Assembly (NCBI RefSeq): GCF_035084215.1
Contig: NW_027139559.1
Location: 2,480,001 to 2,544,000 of the forward strand
Length of the DNA stretch: 64,000 nucleotides
Origin: Heptranchias perlo
Lineage: Eukaryota
Direction: 5' to 3'
This document shows, in pieces, positions 12,646 to 25,900 of the stretch. The first letter of the stretch is position 1. Each line of letters opens with the position of its first letter. The translations under genes and the position numbers were made by a program. The notes beneath the pieces are model-generated. The model was not told where the DNA came from. It worked only from the letters and a program-made list of their open reading frames with translations, and ran no database searches.

Positions 12646-14809
12646 CGGCCAGTTGGCCAGAAGGTACTTCCGGTTTATATTCCAGGCTTGTGTGGGAACG
12701 TCCATCGGTTGCTGACCACAGACGGGACTGGATTGCCTCACTCCCTCACAGTTATCGACTGGTGCACTGCACCACTTGATCTCGTATTCAGAGATAGACT
12801 CACCCAAACCATAATAACTATTTGCCTCAATTTCTTTCGTAAGCTCATTTTTTATTTCTCTTTTATTAAAGTGCCAGCGTTCAATAGAATTCCGCATAAC
12901 TGTAGTTAGCCAGTGAACTGGGAAAATTGCGCAGAATCAATTACAATAAGCTGAGGAGAAATAATTGAATATCCAGGAGGGACAGGTTGGAATTTACTGC
13001 AACTGAATGAATATTGCATGAATCAATGTAATATTGCATTCAAATGCTGCACCTTGAATAAAGGCTCAATTTTTATGACATTAATGAGTGGCGCCCTCGC
13101 CTAATTTTGAATAGCACAGAACCAGGTGACCTTCAGACATAGGTGCTCCTTTCTTTACCAATATACTGCGGTTAAGGCACGAATTGATATATGACCCAAT
13201 CTGAGGGCTTCACACCTTGAAGAAATCCACTGGAAATTAATGATTGCTGATTATCGACACTTATATCCAGAAAACTGTTGGAAATCAGACGCCTTGTCTC
13301 AACCCACGGGTAAGAATTCCCCTAAAAATTCGTTGCAGTGAGATCATGGGTGGCTTCAAATCAATTTCTCTGAGGCCCTATTTCTGGCAAATTCGTGAAC
13401 ATATTTTCAAAGGGCCCGTTAACCATTTGCCAAGAAATACTGAGGAGAAATAACTTACATCAGAGCCTGTACAGCGTCACTTCCTGTAGCTGGACGATGG
13501 ATTCCCCCTTGTATAGAATTGCAGCAACAAACCGTGGATATTGACGTTATCATCAATTAAATTCTAAAATGAGTGACACTGTGATATGAGGATCGATTTT
13601 GTTTTAAATATGATAAATGGATATTATGATCAGGAATAGGCCATGCAGCCCCTCGCGCCTGCTCCGAAAATCATGGTTGACCTGTACCTCAACTCCATAT
13701 TCCCCTCTTTGCTCCATATCCCTAATACCCTTTACCTGACATGACTGTGTTTGCAGTGATTTGCCTAAATAAAGTCTCAGAAAAAAACAGGGAATTCGGT
13801 CCAACTCCTAATCGTCTGGAAATGAAATGTTCTCATCAACAGATTTTATGCTCAGCTTTGTTTGAAATGTGATTGCTGTTTAATTACTTTCAGGATGTTA
13901 CTTTCAGATTCTGTCAAAACAAAGGTTTGGAATAAAATAAATACCATCTGCTCCATGCTGTTATTGAAGGTATTTTTTTTACTGAAAGTTGTGGGTTTAA
14001 ATCTAACACTTATTTCTTGTATACATTTATACACATTTTTATTCACCTTTCAGTTTGTTCCAATGAGTGAGTTAGTAAAATTCATCCATAAGCATCATAA
14101 AAGCGATATCTTGAACAACTGAAATAATCTCGGGATTAAATTAATTCGAGCGACGGGTGTTTCCGATTCCATTAATTTACGACAGATATTTAATGGATCG
14201 AAGCAACTGGAGGGTGTGTTACTGAAACATGGGAAATAACCCGGACAGTCAGTCCAATCCAATTATTAAGCGGTATAATAATTGTTACAATAAGATTCAT
14301 ATATTCTAAGGAAAGAGTGTTCAGTCTCAGCACCAAGTTCTAGTAATTATGTTTATAAATTGATTCATTCTTTCATAGCACAGAAATCCAACAATGAATT
14401 AACTGAAGTGACGCTTTCAATTCATGCAGCTAAATTGACCGAATCTGTTCTGTGGCAAACTGTGGGGAACTGAAGGCTGGAAATTGCTGTTAGCGATATG
14501 CCACGAGCCAGATTCCGCCTTTCTGTTGCTCTCTTCTTTTATTAATTGAAACTCTAAGCTGTGTAATTTACACCGGTTATACCTCCATTGAAACAATATT
14601 CAAAGGATGTCTCACCAAAGTAAAACTGCACGAATATCACAATCGGCTATTTCCACTTACACTTCGTTAAAATGACAAGAAAGACTGAACATCTAAAACA
14701 TTACTCGGTATTCATGGACTGATGCTTCTTACCTTCCCATTATGCTCCTTTTCCCCTCTTTGAAGGCAGGCGTGAACACATTTATTGAAACAAAATGTTC
14801 CTTTTTTCG

Positions 14810-15103
14810 GATATACTGTACAGTAGATTCATTTAAATATATTATGCATTTTAGATATACTGTAGAGTAGATTCATTTGAATATATTAATCATTTTTAGG
14901 CTATTCTGTACAGTATATTTATTTGAAAACGTTATGCATTTTTATGATATTCTGTACAGTAGATTTAATTAAATATATAATGCATTTTTAGGATATACTG
15001 TACCATAGATTTGTTTACAAATATTATGCATTTTTAGGATACACTGTACAGTAGATTTATTTAAACATATTATCCATTTTTAGGATATACTGTACAGTAG
15101 ATT
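14810..15103. repeat. ~46-bp AT-rich minisatellite, about 6.5 copies
   Basis: Unit gatatactgtacagtagatttatttaaatatattatgcatttttag starts at 14810, 14854, 14900, 14946 and onward. Confidence 0.95.
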
Positions 15104-15874
15104 GTGGCTAAAATTTCATTCATTACCTCACCGAAATTGGAATTTCCTCAGAGTTTCTCCCGCTTCACCAGCGTAACTTTGGCGGAACCTCGGAAATTTC
15201 CTGCGCAGTGTCTTCACCATTTTGGATGAGATATGCGTGGGCGCTCTGTTGACGGAGGCACTGCCCTGTTAAAAATAAATAGGTTAACGCGTTACCTAAA
15301 ATTGGAATTTCAAGCGCACTGAGAAATCGCCGGGAAGTTATTGTCCTGCAGAATAAATCAAGGCACAGGAAACTAAACAAACGTGTAAAATTAAGTCTGA
15401 TAGCGTGAAGGGAATGTCGTTCAATTCAAGGAACAGGAAAATAGAATCCACTGAAACATGCTGCCGATTGATATTATCATCGGAACACATTGACCTGTGC
15501 CCGGTTTCACCATCCTGGGCCTTCGCTAATCTGAAATAACGCACTGGCAATTCACATTGCGCCATTTTGAATGGGTTTAAAGTACCTGTATCGAATGAAA
15601 GGATTAACACAACGATAAATTAATGCGGAAAGGGAATTCAGGCGAACGTCTTAAGCTGTTAACCGACAACACAATTTTAACACAAGCATTTTTAAAAAAG
15701 TTACGAACTTAAAGCAAACGAACTGAATGCCCAGTGGAAATGGAGGTGTTGTTCTGTCACCTGAACTCAATTTGTGCATTCTTGGTTATTGATGTGTTCG
15801 TGTCAAGAAACTTCATTATGTGTGATGGAATTACACACCACCTAGTGACTAATTTCTGCTATTAAAGCTTTATC

Positions 15875-16770
15875 TGAACATAAGAGGAGTGGGCCATTCA
15901 GCCCCAAGAGCCTGTTTCGATATTCAATCAGTATATGGTTGATCTGTACCGCAACTCCATTTACCCGCTTTAGCTTCACATATCCTGACACTCTTACCTA
16001 ACAAAGATCCATCAATCACAGTCTTGAAAATTTCAATTGAACCCCAGCATCCACAGACTTTTTTTTTGGGGGGGGAGAGTTTCAGATTTCCACTACCCTT
16101 CGTGTGGGAAAGAGCTTCCTGATTTCACCCCTTAATGACCTAATTCTAATTTTATGATTGGACCGTCTTGTTCTGGAATCCACCAGAGCAAACAATTTCT
16201 CTGTATCTACCCTATCGAATCCCTTCATCATTTTAACCACCTCGATCAGATCACACCTCAAGTGTCTAAACTCATGGGAATACAATCCATGCCTTTGCAA
16301 ACCGTCCTTGTAATTTAGCCATTTAAGCTCTGGTATAATTGTGGTAAATCTGCACGGTATATATCCTTCCTGAGGTGCGGTGCCCAAAACTGAGTGCAGT
16401 ACTCCAGATGGGGTCTGACCAGAGCTCTGTATAACGGAAGCATTTCTTCCTCCCCTTTCTATTTCAGCCTCATTTGGATAAAGGGCATCATTCATATAGC
16501 CTTTTATATTACTTGTTTTTACCTGTCCTATAGCTATTATTGATTTGTCTACATGGACACCTACATCTTTTTGATGTTCTACAGTTCCAAGACACTCGGT
16601 TTTAGGAAAGTTAACGGATTTGCCTTTCTCCAATCCACAATTGATGACCTCACGCTTGCTCACATTGCACTACATGTGCCATAGTATTTTTCCCCACTCA
16701 CTTAATCTGTTTTTGTCCCTTTGTAAGTTCCTGCTGCCATCTACAATACTTACTGTGCCTCCTAACTAGG
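15875..16770 (-). mobile_element. CR1 LINE 3' fragment
   Basis: ORF 16082-16663 carries decayed CR1 C-terminal motifs (LR.DLIEV.K..KGFDRVD.EKLF), with the 3' tail near 15875. Confidence 0.85.
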
Positions 16771-17619
16771 GCATGAATTAGTTAATAAAATAATGAAGCC
16801 GCAACATATATTGTTATCCCAGGCCTGGCCACGCGATGGCGCGCCAGCGCTTACCCCTGCCGCGTGTATTCCTTCCTCTTTCAACAATAAAAATAGTTCT
16901 TACCTTGGTCTTTCCATGTTTTTCTATATTTGGGTGTTTCCGGGTCTTCTTAAAAGTCCTGTCTCTGTCTCTCCCGCGCTCTATCGTTCTCTCTTTCACT
17001 TTGATTGCAGTTTTCCTTTTTCGTCCTTCTTCACCTTCATTGGGATTTCGAAAATGATTGGTCAGTATGTTCAATATATGCCCATAAAATTCCCAACATT
17101 ATATCACATATTCTTGATCCCTGCTCCCCCGACTATGGCCCAACTTCCCGTAAACATAAATGACTGAACCTGGTAACAGAACATGGCATTGGATACTTTA
17201 CATACTCCACAGAATAGCCCATGGACTTCTCTGTGAAGGCAGCTTTAAGGACTGATATAAAGTGACATTGCTGCACTGCCAAGCAAAACAATAGTGCAAT
17301 AAATGACAGGATTCTCCAGCTTCGAGCTTCCTACCTTATATTTAATCTAAGAAATCTTACTCACCAGCTCGTAGAGCTAGCTTCCTCAGCACACTCGGTA
17401 TGCGAATGTAGGGGCGTGCATGTACTGTGTACGAGCTTACGTTTGTATCCGTTTCCTGATTGCTTCTCTTGTTTAAAGAGGCAGGTCACCACGGAGCTAT
17501 TTCTGCAGACGCGGCTCTTTCCCGCGCTACCCCTTTTGCTTTATGCAAGAACAAGGACGTCAAGAGCAACCAAAGGTCATTCGGCCCTTCACAGCTCCTG
17601 GCTGTTGAATATATGGCAC

Positions 17620-19165
17620 TAAAGAGTGACAAATCCCCATCACAAGGTTTTAAAGGATGTAACTGAGAACATTGCAGAAGCCCTAACTATAATCTTCCAA
17701 AGTTCACTCGATTCTGAAACCGTCCCTTTAGATTGGAAATTGCACATGTCACTCCGCTGTTTAAGAAAGGTGAGAGAGGAAACCAGGGGATTATAGACCA
17801 GTTAGCCAAACATCTGTTTTCGGGAAATTGCTAGACCGTATAATTCAGGATAGAGTATTGAACACCTTGAAAATTTTCAGCTGATCAGAGAGAGGCAGCA
17901 AGGATTAGTAAAGGGAAGGACATGCCTTACCAACCAGATTGAATTTTTTGAGGAGTTGACTAAAGTAGTGGAACAGGGAATGTCTACGGCTGTTATTTCT
18001 ATCGACTTCCAGAAGGCATTCGATAAAGTCACTCATAAGAGACTGTTAGCTCAAGTTGAAGCTCATGGAATTTAGGGGATATAATTGACCTGGTTAGGAA
18101 ATTGGCTGAGGGACATGGGGGAAGTGTAGGGATATTGGACAGAAACTCAATTTGGCAGGATGGAACGAGCGGCGTCGTACAAGGACCTGTGTTGGGGCGT
18201 GAACCATTCACTGTATTTATTAACATCTTAGGTGATGGAATAGGGAGCCACATATCCAAGTTTTCCGGAGATACGAAGATACGCAGTATTGTAATCAGTA
18301 TAGAAGCATTACATTCCAGAGCGATATTAATAAATTAAGGGAATGGGCAAAGCTGTGGCAAATGAATTTCGATGCAGGTAAGTGTGAGGTCATCAACTTT
18401 GGAACTAAAAATGATCGATCAGAATACTTTCTAAATGGTGAAACGTTAGAAACAGTGGAGGTACAAAGAAACTTAAGTGTCCATGTACATAGATCATTAA
18501 AATGTCACGGACAGGTGCAGAAAATGATCAAAAACGCTAATGGAACGTTGGCCTTTATATCTGGAGGACTAGAATACATGGGGGTGGAAGTTATGCTACA
18601 GCTCTACAAATCACTGGTTAGATCAAACCTGGAGTACTGTGTTCAGTTCTGGGCACCACACCTTAGGGCGGATATATTGGCCCTGGATGAAGTGCAACGT
18701 GTGATGATACCGTACTCCAAGGGTTAAATTACGAGGAGTGATTACACAAACTAGGGTTGTATTCCCTGGAATTTAGAAGACTAAGGGGTGATTTGATCGA
18801 AGTGTTCACGATATTAAGGGGAACTGATAGAGGGAAACTGTTTCTGCTGGTTGGAGAGTCTAGCACTTGGCGGACTTAGCCTAAAAATTAGAGCCAGGAC
18901 TTTCAGGAATGAAGTTAGGAAACACTTCTACACGCAAAGGGTGCTAAAAGTTTTGAACTCTCGTCTGCAATTGTCAGAGGATGCGAGCACAATCGTTAAT
19001 ATTAAATCTGAGATTGATAGATTTTTGTTAACCAAAGCTATTAAAGGATATGAGGCTAAGGCTGGCATATGGAGTTTGGTCACAGGTCAACCATGATCTC
19101 ATTGAATGACAGAACAGGCCCGGGGGGGCGAAATGGCCTATTCCTGTCCCTATGTTCCTAGGTTC
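17620..19165 (+). mobile_element. CR1 LINE ORF2 fragment with 3' tail
   Basis: Motifs DFQKAFDKV, GVVQGPVLG and [13 protein letters not shown], with the tail cctatgttccta. Confidence 0.9.
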
Positions 19166-19869
19166 CTTTATTCATGTCATCCAGCATAGCCTTTGGCGAC
19201 ACTTTAAATGTCTTCAGTGTCTTTCACTCTACTACCTTGCAGACAGATTATTAAACATTTGAATCAATGAGTAGATTTCCGTCTGTACCTCCTGGGCACA
19301 AATCATCCCCTGGACATTGCGCCGAATGGAAAATTAGGCTTGGAAGATCGAACATCCATGACGGATCCCGTCCGATTTACCTTTCATTTGAATTAATGGA
19401 AGGAAAATCATGCCGGTTTTGCTCCCGCCTGATTTTCCTCCTGTGCAAACTGCCGCCTCCGCAGTACAGAATAACATATACCCCAAGGTATTTTGATAGG
19501 CCTTGCAATTATAACGTGGGATAATTGCAGATCAAGGCTTAAAGTGCCCCCGTGAAATTCCTCCGCCTGCTAACGCAGAGGACATAATTTTCAAATTACT
19601 GAAATTATTGATTTTTCCCTTCTTTGAAATATTGGAGAGAGGGACATCATTCAAGTGTGATCAGCCTTCGTCCACCATGATTGTGATCAGTAATCGATTA
19701 ATTCCTCTGAGGCAATATTGGAGGCAGCGATTTCAGACGAATTTTGCTAAACATCGATACGCAATTGTTCCACACCGTCATTTTAAGACCCGATTGCATG
19801 TTTTAGATTTACTTTACACGAAATATATTTATGATCTTTAATGTAGATCTTTAGTTACCATGAAGTCAT

Positions 19870-20370
19870 TTGATGAGAGCTTGAGAACGGAGGTTGGGAA
19901 AGACAGGGAGTGAACGTCTGACGGAGTGAAGCGCAAACAGAGTGAGGACTTTCAACTGGGAATTTGGTGAGGGTGGGAATTAGGTGCAGAGGGGGAAGAA
20001 GGTGCGAAGTTATTTTAACCAAAACACTATTGACTAAAACTGACCGAAGCATAAAAGGGAGACACACAAGGAATCAAAACAAGCCAAGCAGGAGAGCAGA
20101 GGGTAAGTCTGTAAGTATTGAATTCATTGGTTTGTGTTTTTTAGTGGTTAGTGTTTTAGTGACAGATAAACAGTAAAGTGCCTTAAATCGAAACAAACAG
20201 TTTAAGCTACTGTTAGCTAACTTGGCAGGACATCTGGGGCCCGTAACATGTACATCCTGTTCCATGTGGGAACTCCAGAAGACTTCGTGTGTCCCGGAAA
20301 ACCACATGTGCAGGAAGTGCTGCCAACTGTTCGAGCTCGAGCTCAGAGTTTCTGAGCTTGAGGGGCATCA
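19870..20370 (+). mobile_element. CR1 5' UTR and ORF1 N-terminal zinc finger fragment
   Basis: ORF from 20222 reads 'VTCTSCSMWE...HMCRKC..L.ELELRVSELE', the CxxC..CxxC plus coiled-coil start of CR1 ORF1. Confidence 0.75.
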
Positions 20371-20604
20371 ATACGTCCATGAAAGTAAATCTTTTGTGAA
20401 ACGTAGTCACCAAAAATATGTGCAAAACTATATTGTTCTGAGAAACTCATTCGAAGCCGAAGCCAATCCTCTGTATACATCTACTGCTCTTGCGATGTGT
20501 CCCAACATACCCGATGTATATATCAGCTGCTCTTGCAATGTGTTTTTTTATTCGTTCATGGGATGTGGGCGTCGCTGGCAAGGCCAGCATTTATTGCACA
20601 TCCC

Positions 20605-21654
20605 ATGAAGGTTGTTTTTGTGACTGGAAGCCTGTGGCCAGTGGGGTACCACAGGGATCGGTGCTGGGTCCCTTGCTGTTTGTGGTCTACATTAATGACT
20701 TGGATATGAATGTAAAAGGTATGATCAGGAAGTTCGCTGATGATACAAAAATTGGTAGGGTGGTAAATAGCGAGGAGGATAGCCTCAGTCTGCAGGACGA
20801 TATAGATGGGTTGGTCAGATGGGCGGAACAGTGGCAAATGGAATTTAACCCGGAAAAGTGCGAGGTGATGCACTTTGGAGGGACTAACAAGGCAAGGGAA
20901 TACACAATGAATGGGAGGACCCTAGGCAAGACAGAGGGTCAGAGGGATCTTGGTGTGCAAGTTCACAGATCCCTGAAGGCGGCGCGACAGGTCGATAAGG
21001 TGGTAAAGAAGGCATATGGGATACTTGCCTTTATTAGCCGAGGCATAGAATATAAGAGCAAGGAGGTTATGATGGAGCTGTATAAAACACTGCTTAGGCC
21101 ACAGCTGGAGTACTGTGTGCAGTTCTGGTCGCCACACTACAGGAAGGATGTGATCGCTTTGGAGAGGGTGCAGAGGAGATTCACCAGGATGTTAACAGGG
21201 CTGGAGCGCTTCAGCTATGAAGAGAGACTGGGAAGATTGGGTTTGTTTTCCTTGGAGCAGAGGAGGCTGAGGGGGGACATGATTGAGGTGTACAAAATTA
21301 TGAGGGGCACAGATAGGATGGATACTAAGGAGCTTTATCCCTTCGTTGAGGGTTGTATAACAAGGGGACATAGATTCAAGGTAAAAGGCGGGAGGTTTAG
21401 AGGGGATTTGAGAAAAAACTTTTTCACCCAGAGGGTGGTTGGAGTCTGGAACTCACTGCCTGAAAGTGTTGTGGAGGCAGGAACCCTCACAACATTCAAG
21501 AAGCATTTGGATGAGCACTTGAAATGCCACAGCATACAAGGCTACGGACCAAATGCTGGAATATGGGATTAGAGTAGACAGGGCTGATGGCCGGCGCGGA
21601 CACGATGGGCCGAAGGGCCTCTATCCGTGCTGTATAACTCTATGACTCTATGAC
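20605..21654 (+). mobile_element. Young 5'-truncated CR1 LINE with uninterrupted ORF2 C-terminus
   Basis: Stop-free frame from [11 protein letters not shown] through KFADDTK and LEYCVQFWSP to the stop at 21572, followed by the tail ctctatgactctatgac. Confidence 0.95.
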
Positions 21655-21965
21655 ACGTGTCCTAACACACCCTCTGTATACATCCACTGCTCTTACCACG
21701 TGTGCTAACACACCCTCTGTATTCATCCACTGCTCTCACCATGTGTCCTAACACACACTCTGTACACATCCACTGCTCTTGCCATGTGTCCTTACATATC
21801 CTCTATATACATCCACTGCTCTTGCCATGTGTCCTAACATATCTTCTGTATACATCCACTGCTCTTGCCATGTGTTCTAAGACACACTTTGTATTCATCC
21901 ACTGCTCTTGCGATGAAATCAACAAAACCTTTGTTCACATCCTCTGGTCTTGCGATGTGTCTGAA
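21655..21965. repeat. 43-bp minisatellite, about 7 copies (about 2 more at 20462-20545)
   Basis: Unit cctaacacaccctctgtatacatccactgctcttgccatgtgt starts at 21661, 21704, 21747 and onward. Confidence 0.9.
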
Positions 21966-22169
21966 CAACGTATTTGTTTTTTAAATCTTTCCTCACACAT
22001 TCTCAAAATGAATGGTGACGTTTCTATCCTCACTCCCGAGTCTTTGACCAAAAGTTGCCATTTTCAGTTTCTTCATTGTACACTTGTGTCCTTTGCTCTG
22101 TTAGCCCAATATGAAATAGAAATCACATTCTTTACTGTCATATATACCACGGTCTAAGAAGTAATGATG

Positions 22170-22960
22170 AATTTCACGAAGGCAATGGCTACTCAACGGT
22201 TTAACTGCCATGTGCAGTTTTAGGCGCTCCATTAAAGAAAGAATATAAATGTCACAGACCGCGTTCCAAGTAGATTCACGAGGGGATGCCAGGAATGGAA
22301 GTTAGATCATTAAAATTGATGGGATTTTTCGAGTTGATCAGAAAAGCCGAAGAAGAGATTCATTGAGCTTTTCAGAATTATGGAGGATTTTAATTGGATG
22401 GATAGGGAAATCTATTTCCTTTGATTGGGGAGTCAATGATGAAGAGTGATCAATTTAAAATTGTAATTAAGAGAGTCAGGAGACCGGCTTTGAGAAATCG
22501 TTATAATTGTAGGGTTGTTTGAGACGCAACACGGTCAATGGTTGTGGCAAAGAACAGGAGAGTGTTAGGGGGAAACTAAATAATTATAAGAAGGAGAGAA
22601 AATAACAGGGCTACAAAAAGAGAGAGCGAAAGTGGGATTCGTTTGGGATTGATACAGGGCTATGTGGAAAGAGAGGGGCATTGAGATTAGTTTTCGATTG
22701 ATACAGGGCTTTGGGCAGATAGCGAGATAGTGGGATTAGTTTGGGATTAATACAGGGCAATGGAGTGAGAGCAGGGCAGTGGGATTAATCTTGGATTGGT
22801 ACCGTGCTACGGGGAGAGAGGGTGTCAGTGCGGGTAGTATAGGCTTGAAATAGAGTTATGGGAAGATAATGTGGCTTAATTGGATAGCTCTTTCAAAGGA
22901 AGCAGCACAAGCACGATCGGTCGAATGGCCTCATACTGTGCTCCGTCATTTTTTGCTTCT
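22170..22960 (+). mobile_element. Old CR1 3' end whose UTR grades into the satellite
   Basis: Decayed ORF2 end and the tail ttggatagctctttcaaag...gaatggcctc at about 22880-22940. Confidence 0.7.
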
Positions 22961-25900
22961 ATGGTCCTGTGATTGATACAGGGTTATGGGAAGAGTGTGG
23001 TAAGTTTCAGTTTGATACAGGGCCATGGCTTGAAAGTGGGACAGTTGGATTAGTCTTGGATTGATACACATTTACCCTCAAAGAGAAGGGCAGTGGGATT
23101 ATTTGAGTTTGATACGGGGCCATATCAAAGAATAGGGCATTGGGATTAGATTGGAATTGATAAAGGACAATGGGGAGAAAGCGGAGAGTGTGATTAGTCT
23201 GGGATTGAAGCAGGACTATGAGGAGAGAGGGGTTCAGTGAGATTAGTCTGAGATTACAGCAGGACTATGAGGAGAGAGGGGGTCAGTGGGATTAGTCTAG
23301 GATTGATTCATGACTGTGAGGAGAGAGGGCGTCAGTGGGATTAGTCTAGGATTGATTCAGGACTATCAGGAGAAAGGGGGGTCATTGTGATTAATCTGGG
23401 ATTGATTCAGGACAATGAGAGAGGGGGTCATTGGGATTAGTCTCGGATTGATTCAAGACTATAAGGAGAGAGGGGGTCAGTGGGATTAGTCTGGGATTGA
23501 TTCACGACAATGATGAGAGAGGGGGTAAGTGGGATTCGTCCAGGATTGATTCAGGACTATGAGGAGAGCGGGGGTCATTGTGATTTGTCTAGGATTGATT
23601 CAGGACTATGAGGAGAGAGGGGGTCAGTTGGATTAGTTTGGGAATGACTCAGGCCCATGTGGAGAGAGAGGGTCAGTGGGATTAGTCTGGGATTGATTCA
23701 GGACTATGGGGAGAGAGTAGTTGAATGGGAATAGTCGAGGATTGTTTCAGGACGATAAGGAGAGAGGGGGTCAGTGGGATTAGTCTGGGATGTAATCAGG
23801 ATATGGGGAGAGAGCGGTTCAGTGCGTTCAGCCTCGGATTGATTCAGGACCAAGGGGCGAGAGGTGGACACCAGGATTAGTCTAGGATTGAAGCAGGACT
23901 ATGTGGAAAGAGGTGGTCAGTGGGATTAGTCTGGGATTGATTCAAGACTATGCGAAGAGAGGGGGTTAGTGGGATTAGTCTGGGATTGATGCGGGACTAT
24001 GGGGAGAGAGGGGCTCACTGGGATTAGTCTGGGATTGACTCATGACTATGAGGAGAGAGAATCAGTGCGATTAGTCTGGGATTGATTCAAGACTGTGAGG
24101 AGAGAGGGGGTCAGTTGGATTATTCTGTGATTGATGCAGGAGTATTAGGAGAGAGGGGGTCAGTGGAATTAGTCTTGGATTGAATCAGGACTATAAAAAG
24201 AGAGGGGGTTCAGTGGGATAAGTCTGGGATTGATTTAGGATATGGGGAGAGAACGGGTCAGTGAGATCAGTCAAGGATTGATTCAGGACTATGAGGAGAG
24301 AGGGGTTCAGTGGGTTTAGTCTGGGACTGATTCAGGCCTATGAGGAGAGAGGGGGTCAGTGGGATTAATCTGGAATTGTTGCAGGACAATGAGGCCAGAG
24401 GACAGAGGGGCTCAGTGGGATTAGTCTGGGATTGGTGCAGGTCTATGAGGAGAGAGGTGGTCAGTGGCATTAGTCTGGGATCGATTCAGGACTATGAGGA
24501 GAGAGGGGGTCACTGGGATTTGTCCGGGATTGAATCAGGACTATGAGGAGAGAGGCTGACAGTGTGATAAATCTTGGATTGATTCAGGACAATGAGGAGA
24601 GAGGGGGTCAGTTGTATTTGTCTGGGATTGATTTAGGATATGAGGAGAGAGGGGGTCAGTGGGATTAGTCTCGGATTGATTAAGGACAATGGGGCGAGAG
24701 GGGGTCATTGGGTTTATTCTGGGATTGAAGAGGAGTATGTGGAAATAGGGGGTCAGTGTGATTAGTCTGGGTTTGATTCAAGAATATTAGAAGAGAGCGG
24801 GTCAGTGTGATTCTTCTGGGATTGATTCAGGTCGATGAGGAGAGAGCGGGTCAGTGGGATTAGTCTGGGATTGATTCAGGACTGTGAGGCGAGAGGGGAT
24901 CAGTGGGATTAGTCTGGGATTGATTCAGGACTATGAGGAGAGAAGTGATCAGCGCGATTATTCTGTGATTGATTCAGGACTATGAGGAGAGAGGGGATCA
25001 GTGGGATTAGTCTGGGATTGATTCAGGACTATGAGGGGAGAGGGGGTCAGTTTGATTATACTGTGTTTGCAGCAGGACAAGTGGTGAGAGGTGGTCATTG
25101 CGATTAGTTTCGGATTGATTCAGGACCATGGGGAGATAAGTGGTCAGTGGGATTAGTCTGGGATTAATTCAGGAATATGCGGAGAGAGGGGGTCAGTGGG
25201 ATTATTCTAGGATTGATTCAGGACTATGAAGATATAGGGGGTCAATGGGATTAGTTTAGGATTCATTCAGGATTAGAGGGAGAGAGGAGATCAGTGGGAT
25301 TAGTCTGGGATTGATTCAGGACTATGAGGAGAGCGGGGGTCAGTGGAATTAATCTGGGATTGATTCAGAACTATGAGGAGAGCGGGGGTCAGTGGGATTA
25401 GTCTAGGATTGAATCAGGACTATAAAGAGAGAGGGGGTTCAGTGGGATTAGTCTGGGATTGATTTAGGATATGGGGAGAGAACGGGTCAGTGAGATCAGT
25501 CAAGGATTGAATCAGGACTATGAGGAGAGAGGGGCTCACTGGGATAGTATGTGTTTGATTCAGGACTATAAGGAGAGAGAGGGTCAGTGGGATAAATCTT
25601 TGATTGTTTCAGGACTATGAGGAGAGAGGGGGTCAGTTGGATTAATCTGGGATTGATTCAGGAATATGGGGAGAGAAGGGACAGTGGGATCATTCTGGGA
25701 TTGAAGAGGAGTATGTGGAAACAGGGGGTCAGTGTGATTAGTCTGGGTTTGATTCAAGAATATTAGAAGAGAGCGGGTCAGTGTGATTCGTCTTGGATTG
25801 ATTCAGGTCTATGAGGAGAGAGGTGGTCAGTGGGATTAGTCTGGGATTGATTCAGGACTATGAGGAGAGAGGGGATCAGTGGGATTAGTCTGGGATTGAT

